A stretch of 63,440 bases of DNA, the filler included, from Rhabdomonas costata (lineage: Eukaryota): NCBI GenBank assembly GCA_019059605.1. It is 45 parts of 45 records of this genome, joined end to end, with 100 filler letters (N's around TTAATTAATTAA, not from the genome) between each part and the next. Parts side by side here need not be neighbours in the genome. Positions count along the whole stretch, not along the records: positions 11,304 to 12,606 come from JAHMHO010019740.1; positions 12,707 to 14,019 come from JAHMHO010019741.1; positions 14,120 to 15,432 come from JAHMHO010019742.1; positions 15,533 to 16,845 come from JAHMHO010019743.1; positions 16,946 to 18,258 come from JAHMHO010019744.1; positions 18,359 to 19,671 come from JAHMHO010019745.1; positions 19,772 to 21,084 come from JAHMHO010019746.1; positions 21,185 to 22,497 come from JAHMHO010019747.1; 37 more parts are not named here. One strand, given 5' to 3'. The notes beneath the pieces were generated by a model. That model was not told where the DNA came from. It was given only the letters and a program-made list of their open reading frames with translations, and did not search any database. The position numbers were made by a program, and so were the translations under genes. Positions 11,790-24,439 of the stretch are shown here, in pieces (position 1 is the stretch's first letter; every line of letters begins with the position of its first letter).

Positions 11790-12527
11790 TCCCAAGCCCG
11801 AACGGTGGTGGACCCGCGATCGCCGTGGTACGCGCAGTTCCGGGCGCTGTACCGCCGCAGCGGCCTGGGAGCAATCTGGCGAGGGCTGAACGTCACCCTG
11901 TGGAGGGACGTCCCCTTCTCCATGATTTACTGGTGTAAGAGCGAGTGTGGGGTGAGCATGGCATGAAATCCATGAAATTCGTGTTAGGCACGCCACCTGC
12001 CCAGCCTGTTGTGTATCAGCTCTCCTTTGGCAGCTTCTGAACTTACCGCACTCACTTCTTGCAACATCCGTGCGTGGTGGTCGAATGCGCTGCCGTCGAC
12101 AAAGGGCTGGCTTACTCTCTACCCTCGGGTGATCGTCCTCAAGGTCAGCGACTTAGCTGTGCACGTGCCGACTGTTGTATCGTCGATAATACGACTCTTT
12201 GATCGGACACAAGAAGCACCGCAACGCGTAAACAAAGAGCTCACCTGGCCCATGACAGCGTTCGGAAGGACTTGCTGCTGCCGTCTGCACTTGTAGGAGG
12301 AGGAGAGAGGAAACTGTGAGAGAGCAATGAGTGTGCGGACCCCTCAAGGCGACAAAGACTGCACACAGTTTTCGGTGCGTTTGAGATGTTTGTGAGGTTG
12401 TAGGAGTTGAACGCATGTCAGTTTTTTTCCTTTTGGGTCAGGAACGGCTATGAGACCTGCAAGGCGGCGCTCACCCCGGCGGGAGTGGCCACTCCCCCTG
12501 TTTGGGTCTCCTTCGTGGGGGGCGCCG
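11790..12527 (+). CDS. Mitochondrial carrier, SLC25A39/40 (Mtm1)-like, fragment (exons 11790-11932, 12442-~12527)
   Basis: Reads GLGAIWRGLNVTLWRDVPFSMIYW|NGYETCKAAL...WVSFVGGA; the LWRDVPFSxIYW motif is typical of this subfamily. Confidence 0.85.
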
Positions 12528-12706
12528 CCTTGCAGGTCTCATAGCCGTTCCTGACCCAAAAGGAAAAAAACTGACATGCGTTCAACTCCTACAACCACAC
12601 AAACACNNNNNNNNNNNNNNNNNNNNNNNNNNNNNNNNNNNNNNNNNNNNTTAATTAATTAANNNNNNNNNNNNNNNNNNNNNNNNNNNNNNNNNNNNNN
12701 NNNNNN

Positions 12707-14019
12707 ATTTATTAATTCAAAATGTTGTTTTATTTTTTCTTCATCTTTAGCATCAATTAAAAGTAAATCTGTTTGCACACCATAACATGGTATATCAATG
12801 TTTTTAAGTTGTCTATAACGTTGAAGATTCTTTAATCTTTGATTGATGTAAATGTAATGTTTTATTGGGAGCATATTTTCTTCTAAATTACATGTTTTTT
12901 CAATGACAACTAAATATATTGTTCTTGGTGCACTACTGCTTATAAAGAAAGGATCAAATAAATGTTCAATAAACACATCATCATCATATGTTGTATCATC
13001 ATTTATTTTTAATGTTCGTAATGGATATGCAATGCCATTGTATTTATTAGCATAATATTGTGCTTCGTCTTTTTTTAGATATATTTTTATGACGCTTTTA
13101 TTATTTTCTATTTTACCACATTTTCCAATTAAAATATTAATAATATCCTTTTTATGTTTTTCATCTAAATCACTTGCATAAAGTTCATCAATTATTCCTT
13201 TTGAATTGCTTTCTATTATATTTGACGGTCTTAAATATTTAAGGACTGTAAATGGTAAACTACATTGTTTTAAGTGAATCCCGTATACGTTCGCAATATT
13301 TGAACCAACAAAAATAGTAGATTCAATACTTTCTTCAAATTGTGCATTATAAATAACATAATCTTCAAGATCATGATCATCATAAACAACAAAATTATCA
13401 AAAACATTAAAAATAGGTATATACTGCATATTATATAGATTGGCTGTATATGCTTTACATTCGTCAAGTCCAATTAATTTTGTAGGAATATCCAATTGAA
13501 AATAGCCAGTTTGCGGCATAACACAATATTTGTCAATTATATTTCTTGTCTCTGAATTAAATTTTGATACGAACATATCATTTAATAGCCATTCACTAAC
13601 TTTATTATTGTACTTATAGAATGTATCGAAATCTTTTTCATCTATAATATGTAAAGAATCTGACGCCATGCTTGAATGTTGTATTACATACTGACAATCA
13701 TTAATTTTAAAATATAAACCTTTAACTGTAATATCCTTAAAAATTACATCTGGGATGTACTTAGAGTTTAACATTTCAAAAAGCATATCTTGTATAGATC
13801 CATCATAAATAAATTTTATATTACTGTCCTTATTTTCATTAATTACATTATTCACAACATCATTCAAACAATTTATAAAGATTCTCTTGTGATCCACTTT
13901 CTCACTTTTGAACGTTGGAAATTTTGATGATGCTTCAAGCTGTTCGTGTTGCTTTTTTATATCACATATGACTTGTTGAAATGATTTATCATCACAATTT
14001 AATCTTTCGACATGATTAT
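12707..14019 (-). CDS. Divergent family B (protein-primed-type) DNA polymerase of a Polinton-like virus or virophage-like element; open at both contig ends
   Basis: The contig is strongly AT-rich and intronless, with one frame open throughout (about 437 codons). Motifs occur in the correct order: A-like LIGLDECKAY (Asp at 13465-13463), B-like KKDIINILIGKCGK, C-like CYGVQTDLLLI. Confidence 0.75.
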
Positions 14020-14142
14020 NNNNNNNNNNNNNNNNNNNNNNNNNNNNNNNNNNNNNNNNNNNNTTAATTAATTAANNNNNNNNNNNNNNNNNNNNNNNNN
14101 NNNNNNNNNNNNNNNNNNNGGGTTGTTTTTTCAATCCTCTGA

Positions 14143-14896
14143 ATGGAATCTCAAATGGCCGCTGAGTCGCAGTCGCTGCAAGTGGTGGTGGATTCCCTCG
14201 CGGATTGCTTTCCTCGAGTTCCTCGCCAGGCACTAAGAGACACCCTGCTGCGCTGTGGAGGTGACCACAACTTGGCTGTCAATGAGCTCATTCAGGTTAG
14301 CAGCCTGGCAACCCAAGGCGCTGAGGGTTTCCTTCGCGACTTCCCATGTTTTCTTCCCATGTTTTTTATCCAAGTTGTACATGAAAGTTGTTTCCTGAGC
14401 AGCAGTTGCCGTGACGGCTTGCGAGCTGCAACAGCGACCTTTCCCGCTCCGGTTTAACTCAAGCGCGTTAGGGAGGGAACTTATTGCGTACTTTTTTTGG
14501 GGGGGCCAACGCTACGAAAGTGGGCCAGCTTGTTTTTGCGTTTCTTCTGGGACGCCGTGACTTACAGAATTCGTTGTGCGTTCCTGTCAGGTTCGGTCAA
14601 TATATTGCTTGCCGCCTGCCTCCCAACGCACGCTAGTCCGCCCTCATTACTCATGCAGATGTCTCAGCTCGCCGAGCAAGAGTCCGATGACGACGACGTT
14701 ATCATCATTGACAAACCTGCCAGTGCAGCGCCTCCTCGACCGCCGCTTCGCCCTCTGCCGCAAGTGAAGGTGGAAGCATGTACAGCCCCCGCGGTGTCCT
14801 CGAACCCCCAGGAGGGCCCTAAAGGCTGCGCTGCGAATGCCCCGACCTCATCATGTGCAGCCTCTACGAGCTTTTCGTGCTCTGCACCCGAATTCT
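14143..14896 (+). CDS. CUE-domain protein with a SIM-like motif, N-terminal exons (14143-14295, 14659-14896)
   Basis: VDSLADCFPRVPRQALRDTLLRCGGDHNLAVNELIQ matches the CUE pattern (FP...I..L...g.xxxAvxxLl). It splices to the acidic segment DDDDVIIID. Confidence 0.7.
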
Positions 14897-16101
14897 GTGA
14901 GCTTGTTTCGGCATCCCGTTTGGCAACCTCCATCCATCATCTCGAAACTGCAACGAAGTCCTGTTTTAGCGGAGTGCTGTGTGCACCATCATTAGTTGGG
15001 TATTAAGCGTGTTTTTTAATTATTAAGCGTGCTCGCACGTAAGTGAACGCTTCACAGCACTATATATCCAGCCTATGAGCCCAGCAGACTTAGCCCAGTA
15101 TAACGCCGTAATATGGTACTGCGTCGAGCAAATGTATCAAATGTTTGAAAGGCCTCGAACGCGGGTTTTTGGAGCTGAAAGTGCGAGGGGTGTTGGACAA
15201 AAATTAGGGAACTACTAAACGGCGTTTTTCTGCTTTTGTTCCTCTTCCTTTTTCGATAAATTTCTTTGGGTTCCTCGGCCTTTAATCCCTGCTATTTTCC
15301 TGAGACAGCGACACCCGTGGCGGATTCTATTACCGCTCGTAAAAATTCCCAACCAGACGAGGCTGGATGAGAAGAACCGAGACTATGAAGACGGGGAGGG
15401 AGCACAAAAAAACGAGCGAATACCCACACCACNNNNNNNNNNNNNNNNNNNNNNNNNNNNNNNNNNNNNNNNNNNNTTAATTAATTAANNNNNNNNNNNN
15501 NNNNNNNNNNNNNNNNNNNNNNNNNNNNNNNNTTGTGGTTTGCCTCCTGCCTGTCGTTGCTTGAGCGAAGAAGCACTTTTGCTGAGCGGTGCCCCTTGGC
15601 CACCGCTTGCTTCTTTTCTGTTTTTTTTCCCTTTGCTTCGGTTGCTATCCACCCTTCGCATTTGTCGCTATTAGGTATCTCTGTCATTATTGCTTTTATT
15701 TTATTTCAAGGACATACAAGGAAATTCTCGTGGAGGCGTTTTGGGAAAGCGCAGTGTTGAAGCGATTGTTTTTGTTTCAGATAGAGTGGGTTACGCGGAG
15801 GTGCGCCGCTGTTAAAGTAGTTTTTTCGTGGTGGTTTTGTTCGCATCTGGTCAGGCTCTGGAGTTCAGATGTGAGTTGTCATTGGTTTTGATTTGCCGTA
15901 GAGTTAGTGAAAGCCGCAGCCGTTTCAACGTCAAGTTTCCCAAGGAAAAAACTAACTTTCATCCCATAATGTGCCTCTTTTTCTTTTCGGGCGGCACCCT
16001 CCTCTCTGTTCTTCTTTTTTATGAAGACTTTTTCTTCCCCCCATCGTCTACGCGTTTGTGCCTCCCATATTTCGAGGAAAGAAAATGCGGGCTGATTGCA
16101 G

Positions 16102-16264
16102 CATCACATCCCATGAACCTTGGCTGGACCCCCTCCAGTTTGCTCTGGGCAAGCTCCCGGGTCACAGCCCTTTACATGGTTTTTGCCGTAGCACAGGGGT
16201 GGAACTGCCGCCCGTGTTATTGAACGGGCAGTGGAAGTTTTGCCTCCTGGACAGTCCGAGCCAG
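16102..16264 (+). CDS. Possible GH2 beta-galactosidase (LacZ-like), N-terminal exon
   Basis: WLDPLQFALGKLPGHSPLHGF...LLNGQWKFCLLDSP resembles WxNPxxxxxNRLPxH...SLNGxWKF. Bounded by AG and GT. The downstream exon was not found. Confidence 0.55.
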
Positions 16265-19200
16265 GTAGATCTGTTGCACTCTTGCCTGTGTGTGTTTGTG
16301 TATGTTGATGTGTGTATGTGTGTTTAACTGTGCTCGGTGTCTGTTGGTGTCCCAGGCTGATCCCGGGACTCTGTAGCACTGAATCCTGTTGCGCGTCTCA
16401 ACCCCGGATCCCCGAGCTCCTCCCACTCCAGTCGGAGCGTGAGGCGCCCACTATCCACCCTCGGTAGCGCGGACTCCACCCGGGCTCGGCCTCCAGGCTG
16501 TTTTATGCAGCATCCAGCTGGAAGGGCTTGTGTGACTTTCTCTGCATGCTTTGCCGAAGCGAAGCGGTGCTGTCCCACAAGAGGACGATTTAACATTATT
16601 GCGACCTCGGGACCGTAAAAGATCCCCAGGAAGTTCACAATAGATCGACTCACATCGCCTCTGCAACCACAAACTCGCACCCTCCGGAGTGTAGGATGAG
16701 GCAAGGATCCATGGACCCTTGGACAGGCCACTCTGGACGAATCGTTTGGGAGGAGGTTCCCATTATGACTTGCAGATCCCCTTGCCAATTTGTGTGGATG
16801 CCTGACTTTCACAAAGAGAGAGAGAGTCAGGCATCCACACAACACNNNNNNNNNNNNNNNNNNNNNNNNNNNNNNNNNNNNNNNNNNNNTTAATTAATTA
16901 ANNNNNNNNNNNNNNNNNNNNNNNNNNNNNNNNNNNNNNNNNNNNGTTTTTGGGTTGAAGTCATTTCATACACTATCCTTGGTGCTGCTCATCTTCCTGC
17001 CTGCTTATAATTTTTTCAATTGACTCTCATAAATCCGGCATGAGGCTCACACAGCCGAAGAACGATATTGTGAATAGTATAAGCAGGCAGGAAGATGAGC
17101 AGCACCAAGGATAGTATATGAAATGACTTCAACCTAAAAAAGGGCTCGCATCTTTAGACCAAGCAAAAACTACGAGATAATCCAACTGAAAAAATTCACA
17201 CCACAGCTTGATCGCTTCTTTGCAAGACGTGTTTCCACCAGCTGTGTCACGGCCAGCCATGGGCAAATTAAGAAAAGCGTAACCTGTTTCTTTTCTTTTG
17301 CTTCGCTGTAGTGAGGAAAGGAAGCGGAGCTGGACATATGAAAAGAAGACAAGAATAAAATGCGACGACGTTGCCCTGCCACATGCTCTTCTGTGATTAG
17401 GTCGTTGTTGGTCAAACACATCATCCAAATGAGTGAGTAAGCCCCTCCCGTTGGATTAACTAGTGCTTCCACATTGGCGATCTGCGATTGGTGAGCAAGG
17501 GAGAACTGCAACTCAAGAATGAAATCGAGGGAGTACAGGGAACAAGTGTACATAATTTGAAAGCAAAAGTGTCACCCTCCCACAAGAGTGCACCCCAAAA
17601 TGTCACCCAAAAACCTCCAATGGACAGAAGAGGGAAGGGATATGAAAGAAGTGATTGGAGTGTCTCCTTGCGTGTGCGTAGATCGACGATGAATGTCGTA
17701 ATGTTGCTGCAATGGACATGGTGGGTGCAAAGGAGGCACACGAAAGTTACCGTGTATTAAGCGTGTAAAAATTTAGCTAAAAACTGCGAAATTCCCTGCT
17801 CAAGAACCACACGAAAGCAGTACCCTAAACTCACGACGTTGACTAAATCTTAGCCAATGCTCGCCAAGAGGTGCCTCCAGGTGTGTTTTCTTTGCAAATC
17901 GCATGGAATTTCCTGTCTTTGAAAAAAGACTTTTTATTTTTAGTTATAAAATTTAAATGTACTGGGAACAAACCTGGGCTATGACGCATCGATGTTCTTC
18001 TGTAGAAACTGCGTGAGCAAATGTCCTCCTCACCACGTTTTTGCGTGATGTGACCTCAACAAAAACCAACCTTGGGGTTTTGTACTAGTCCATGAATTTC
18101 AAATTACAAGCAGGACACATGAGGATGAGGCGGTCACTGCTGTCATTGTCGCCTTGTGGTCAGGGAAAGTCAAAGTTTTTTTTTGCTGTTCTTTCTCTTG
18201 AACTTTGAATTTGCACTTGTACTTGGAAAGTACTTGGAATTCATGGACTAGTACAAAANNNNNNNNNNNNNNNNNNNNNNNNNNNNNNNNNNNNNNNNNN
18301 NNTTAATTAATTAANNNNNNNNNNNNNNNNNNNNNNNNNNNNNNNNNNNNNNNNNNNNGGGTTTTTGTAGAGTTGGAGTGCCTGAGGCTCAATAGGAAGC
18401 TGGGCGTGGTGGGAAAAGAATAGAATTAAGCAGAAAGTTGAAAGCGGATGAATTTGCGTTTGTACGTTTGTACAAGAACTACCTTGAAATAATTCGACGA
18501 TGAGAACGCTGTGGAGCAAATATTTCCAAGATGTTTGAATAATCTCATGAACGATGTGATGATGGTCAAGATTGCCGCGGATTTTGAAGAAGATTACGTT
18601 GAGTGGAATCTTGAAGACTTTCTACAATGAGTTGAAGAATCAAAAGGGGCTTTTTATGTGTTTTGTTGGTTTTTGCCCTGACGTGTTGGAGTAGGAGTTT
18701 GGCGATTGCGTCAGGCAATGGGTTGAAGTGTGGTGTGTTTAATTTCCTCCTTCTTGCATTTGTTTGTGGTTTTCTTTGGGGCGTTGAGTTCGTGTGGTGC
18801 CGCGCAAGAGGTTTTGTGAAGGTTTGGGCGGTGGAGCTGTATCGTAAGTCGTGCAATTTTGGCTATACCTTTGCCTTTTCTTGATTCGTACTCTTTGTCT
18901 GTTGCTGTGCTCACATTGCATGCTTCTACGCACAAGCCGGTAATAGGGGAAAGCTGTGAAATCCCAAAGAGCACACTCACACCCATGAAGTGCGCGTGTT
19001 AGAAGTGGAGAAGCAAAAGTACACCACAGGCATCAGGCAGTCGAAATCACACCCTCCACGCGTAATGGCATCCCACACGCAGGCAGTTTGCCAATAGGGT
19101 TGGGTTTTGGAGTTGAAGCTTGAGCGCCATCGCACCCTCGTAGCCCCACAACCACAGAAGGAGGAGAAAGCACCACAACTTCAGGTCACCGAGGAAAAGC

Positions 19201-21251
19201 GGGAGTCGCGAAGGACCCCGCCACGCGCCGCGAAAGGCGGCTGAGTGTAATCAAAGCCAGTTACTTGGTGTATACCAATGTAAGCCACGGCAGCTCACAA
19301 AGCGCGTCACAGGCGTTCGGGAAGCGGTGAGCTCCAAGCCGGGTCCGCAGTCAAGAACACACCGGGACAGGTAAGTGGCCAGGCAGAAGGCTGGGCCGTC
19401 ACATGTGGTAGCAGAGATTTGGTTGAAAAATACCCTGTGTGGTGCAAAGCGCGTAGCGCTCTTTGTCGCAACAAGTCGTCTCGTGGTAGCAGAGTCTATT
19501 GGGGAGAAGTTTCGTACGAGTCAGGTTCGTATAATACCGCATGAGGCAGAGAGCCTGCCCGCGACACACAAAGCGTTGATCGCATTGATTTGTATAAGGC
19601 GGAGAATGGACCTGTATTACAGAGTGTGTGTTGTGTCCCTGACCCGAATCATAGGTCAGAGCAAAAACACCNNNNNNNNNNNNNNNNNNNNNNNNNNNNN
19701 NNNNNNNNNNNNNNNTTAATTAATTAANNNNNNNNNNNNNNNNNNNNNNNNNNNNNNNNNNNNNNNNNNNNGTGGGAGGGGACATGTATGTTCTCCGGGT
19801 GATGGGGGGGGCTCGTCATAAACTGGGAATTGTAAAACAATTGGAATTGGAGTGACAATCAGCTGGTTTTTAGCTCTGTTCCTGTGGTTGTTGAGTAGTT
19901 TCTTAGAGAAATGTCGTTTCTGGTGTTTAAGAGACGATTCCTCACTTTCGCGCTCGCACTCCCCTATTTAGTTCTCAGTCGTTGTTTTTTTACTGAAACC
20001 ATGCGGGCCCATCCCTGAGGTGGTGACTCCTCTTCGGGCCTCTCGGTTCCAGCGATTGTGCTTAAGTGTGAGGAAGATGCGTCTGGCGCATGTTTATCGG
20101 AGACCGACCTCGCTGTAATCAGCGTCCTCCCCCCTCCCCCATTCCTAATCCTTCTCAAAGCCATAGTATCTCTCCCAGGGAAGGACACACTAATGAGCCA
20201 CCTATGCCCCTATGCCCGCTGAAGCAGTCACCCCTCCGAAAACATCATGTCAACAGATCACTGCATCAAGCAATTTTTCGAAGTGGTGGTGAAACGTGAG
20301 TGGAGTGACTGGAGGCTGGATTTGGATATTTTAGTTGGTTGTGTTGAATGAGAATGGGAACAGGAGCTTATGCAGACAGGGATTGCCCCCAGCGTGAAAA
20401 CGAAAGCTGTTATGAAACATAACGGACCGATGAAGGTGTTTTTGTAAATCACTGCCTTTTGTCGTGTTGCACCACAGTGTCATTATCGATTTGTGTTGTC
20501 GCCCTCTTTTTACTGTTGATCAAACCATTGGCTTGGAAGAAAACGTCTTTGCCATGCTGAATGATTTGCAGCAGCCAACGGCAGCGCTTTGCAGGGCCTG
20601 TTTCCCGACTGGGTGATCGCCTTTTCTCTGGAGTTTGCGAAGCTCCCTACGACACTGGCGTCAAAGAGACCGTCCACCGCGGTATCTTTTTGCCTGTAAA
20701 TGTTGAGGAGCCGTGGGATTGGCCTTGGCTCTGAGCCCGTAGGATTCATCTCCAGTGTTATCCTCCCGCTCCCTCGTGGCAAGGAACGTGGTGAACATTT
20801 ATGTTGCCGACATGTAAAGGTTTTTTCGAGTGGCTGCTCTTTCCTTCCACACAGGCGCGCACGCAAAGCGAGAACAAAAGGGCGTCCGCAGTCCTTGACT
20901 GATTCATACCTTCGAAATTGGTTATGCTACCGACATTTGCGAGTGTGGACCGATTATCGTGGTCCGAACGAACGGCGCTAGAAAAAATGCAAGATCATGA
21001 ATCTAGAGGAGGGCATATCACCCCCTGAATCCTGGCGAGGATTCTAATTCAAACCTGCGGTGACGCTGCCTAAGACAAAACCCCNNNNNNNNNNNNNNNN
21101 NNNNNNNNNNNNNNNNNNNNNNNNNNNNTTAATTAATTAANNNNNNNNNNNNNNNNNNNNNNNNNNNNNNNNNNNNNNNNNNNNGTGGTGTTGTTCGGGA
21201 GGTGATGGTGGTGATGGTGGTGGTGACGGGGCATTGTCTTTGTTCCTTCAG

Positions 21252-22316
21252 CGGAGGTTTCGCGGGTGGTGGCCCTTGTGGAGGATGATCACGTCCAGGG
21301 CTCCGCCGCGGAGCTGGTCCGCCCTCAAGCCGTGCCCCAGGCCGAAGAGCTAGAGACCCAGCTTCTGCGGATGGCCCAGGAGACCCTCCAGTCCGTCACC
21401 CCGCAGGGCGCGGCCCTTAACGATCGGGTTTTGGCCTCCTCGCGCTCCCCCCCCCCCACACACACACCGCAAAAAAAAATCCAAACTCTTAACGGTTAGT
21501 ATCATGTACGTTTGGGAGTAGGGCGTCTAAAGGCTCCTAACCCCGGGGTAGGATTCCCCTCCCCCCGCATATGCACCACCTTCTAAGGGAATGCCAGTAA
21601 TGTCTGCAGAGCCCCAACGCCCTCTAATTCCCTGCAAAACTTCTCCTGGGATTCCCGTCTCAGTGCCCTCCCTATAGATGACGGTCTCCATTACACGACA
21701 CCCCCTCCGCTGTCACTGTGCATCCCCCAAGTTTTGCATGGATGGATAAATGTTTCAAGCTTGTTGGGACAATGGTATTTGGGGGAGGGCGCTGTGTATT
21801 TTGTTCATGGTTCCGTGTCCTTTGTCGGGTTTGTGCACACTGCTTGCAGCTCTATGAGAGTTTTGTTTTCTCGCTCCCAGGGAATTCTTCTGAACTTTGT
21901 TCCAGGCACACATGGCTGCTGAAAAAAATACAGCTCACGGTCTAGCCTCAATAGAAGCACCTCAACCGGGAGCCGAGCTGATTCTCACACCCTCAATTGC
22001 CCCTTCGCTCTTCCGCCTTTCGCTGTTCACACTGAGCGCTGTCCCACGCTGGGTTTGCAGTCCTTCCCCTGCAGAACGCAGGGAGAAAGCGGGAAAAAAA
22101 CTTTCTTTCCCTGGGGCTTTGCGATTTGCTTGTGGTTTCCACTGGTTTCTTCACAGGTGCTTTGCCGTGCTTTGGATGACGGAGTGACCCCGCTGCAGAA
22201 GGAAGCGGCGGCTGCGGCGGCAGGGGCGTCGTTTGGAGCCGGGGAGGGCGAGATGGTGAGCCCGGACGACCTTGTTCTGAGGGTCTGCCGCCCCCCTCCG
22301 CCTCCTAGCCCCCTTG
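21252..22316 (+). CDS. Hypothetical protein, two internal exons (21252-21427, 22157-22316)
   Basis: GC-rich open segments with AG/GT boundaries in consistent phase. No recognisable motif. Confidence 0.45.
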
Positions 22317-23607
22317 GTACGCGTACCCGCACCGAGCACGCTCGTATCTACATCGCGTCGTGCTGAAGTGCTGCTTTGCGCGGTGTTTCTTATGTTTGTA
22401 TGCCGTTCCGTATTCTCCAGAACTCTTCTTCTCTTTCTTTCTGCGCTGTTGTTGTCTGGACTTTGAACACTGGAAAGTGTGATGAACTGCACAAACCNNN
22501 NNNNNNNNNNNNNNNNNNNNNNNNNNNNNNNNNNNNNNNNNTTAATTAATTAANNNNNNNNNNNNNNNNNNNNNNNNNNNNNNNNNNNNNNNNNNNNTTT
22601 GTTTGGTTCAGACTGGAACCACCAAGCTCTAAGCGCCGCTATGGGGTACTCATTTTGCGCAGAATATTGCCCATTCAATACGAAAGGTTAGAGGTGGAAA
22701 AGTGTTCCCAAAATGTTACCTTATTGGAATTCCAGGGGGTTTCCGTTTCCCCAGTGGGTTCCGGTGGGTTTAGGGAACGTAAGAAGTCTCACTTTGAAAC
22801 CCTGTTTGCACAGTTGCAATTGAGTTCCTTGGTTCCGGTGCAGGTGATACTTGCTGTACCTTCTCGTCTTCCATACCATGTTTAGTAAGGTATTTAGTAA
22901 GGTAACACGGCATCTGTTTATCCTTCGACGAACACGACATTTTAGCTTTTGCGTGTGCTGGGGCATCTTTTTTTGGGTTCATATTTTTAGGGTGATCCGT
23001 TATTTTTCCGCTGTATTTAACCGCTCTGGCGCCCTTTTCAACCCTCTTTCAATCTGTGAAATCTTGGGTCTCATTCGCTGCTGACCGCCTGCTGCAGATG
23101 CTTTCCTTCTTGGTGTGTGTGTGTGGACTTTTTGCAGAGTGGAATCGGAATTTCGTCTCCTCGCTTCGCTAAGAAATGACGTGACTTCGTCTTTTCGTAA
23201 TTATTGGTTCCTGTAATGGCGACGTGGGTGCGTCATTCTCGTCCCTCAAGCAGATTGCAATTATTCCCCGCTCTGGGGAAAGAAGCGGCAGAAAATAAAA
23301 AAGTAAGATCTATTTAGGGGCATGAGTGAGTGAGTGAGGAAGGTGCCACACAGCGTTTCGGGAGGCCCACAGTACATAGAACATGAACCCGGGCCTGCTT
23401 CACCAACAGGAAAAGTGGGCAATGCAGTAAGTCAAATCAAAACATCATCAAATCATCAACAGTCAAATAACACAAAGAATGCCTCCTAATATTTGATTGT
23501 TTTGTGTTTTGTGGAAGTCGCAGACCTTGTTGCTCTTTAGCCGAGGAGCCGGTTTCTTCAACCCAAAGTCGTCGGACACATGTTAATTTTCCTGGACGGA
23601 AAACGTC

Positions 23608-23789
23608 ATGATGGGGCACATCACACAACAGCGTACCCGGTGCGCTGCGGTCTGCGCCAGGCCGGCGGCCCGGAGGTTCAAGTCCGCCAGCCCGGCCGAC
23701 CCCGAGGCCTTCGTGCGGTCCACTATTAAAGGCGCCCCAGTCGTGGTGTTCTCGAAGTCGTACTGCCCGTACTGCAGCCGAGTGAAAAA
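23608..23789 (+). CDS. Dithiol glutaredoxin (CPYC), N-terminal exon, possibly with an Arg/Ala-rich targeting presequence
   Basis: Reads FVRSTIKGAPVVVFSKSYCPYCSRVK. The exact start and donor site are uncertain. Confidence 0.9.
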
Positions 23790-24439
23790 GTTTTTGCTTT
23801 GCGTTTGCTTTGCAACACTCTCTCTATTTTCTGTTTCTTTTGGATACTTTAAAGAAGGAAACGTGGGGATGGAGAGTGAGAGGTGGAGGTAAAGTGATGC
23901 CACCACACCCNNNNNNNNNNNNNNNNNNNNNNNNNNNNNNNNNNNNNNNNNNNNTTAATTAATTAANNNNNNNNNNNNNNNNNNNNNNNNNNNNNNNNNN
24001 NNNNNNNNNNTGTTGTGTGAGGAATGAACACGAATCACAAGGCCAAAAAAGAACCGCGTGAAGAAATACGTAGTACACGCACAGACAGAAGCCAAAAATA
24101 CAGAGCGATGTCCAAAGAACAAAATGTCACAAAATATCCCATGGAACCAAACACAGGTGTAACCCTTCTTGGTCGCAATAAATACATAACCATATCGCAA
24201 GCCAGACGAAGAAACAGTAAACGAAAAAATTAGGGCTGAAAAAAGAGATGCCTTCAATTCTCACCGAAAGACCAGTAAAACACGAAAGACTAAGAAAACT
24301 TCGCTTGACCGCAATAATAACAAAACCCTGTCGCAAACCAAACTCAAGGGGGCTATTGAAAAAGAAGGGCTGCAACAGCGAGGGCGCCGGACATGCAGAT
24401 ACCCTATCAGAGCAGTTGAAGGGCGAGCTAACAAACATC

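Noticed and set aside
12387-12606. ~80-bp inverted repeat
   Set aside because: Exact inverted copy of the SLC25 intron-exon junction at the contig end: fold-back artefact.
18079-18258. Inverted repeat near the contig end
   Set aside because: Terminal position like the other fold-backs, with no TSD evidence.
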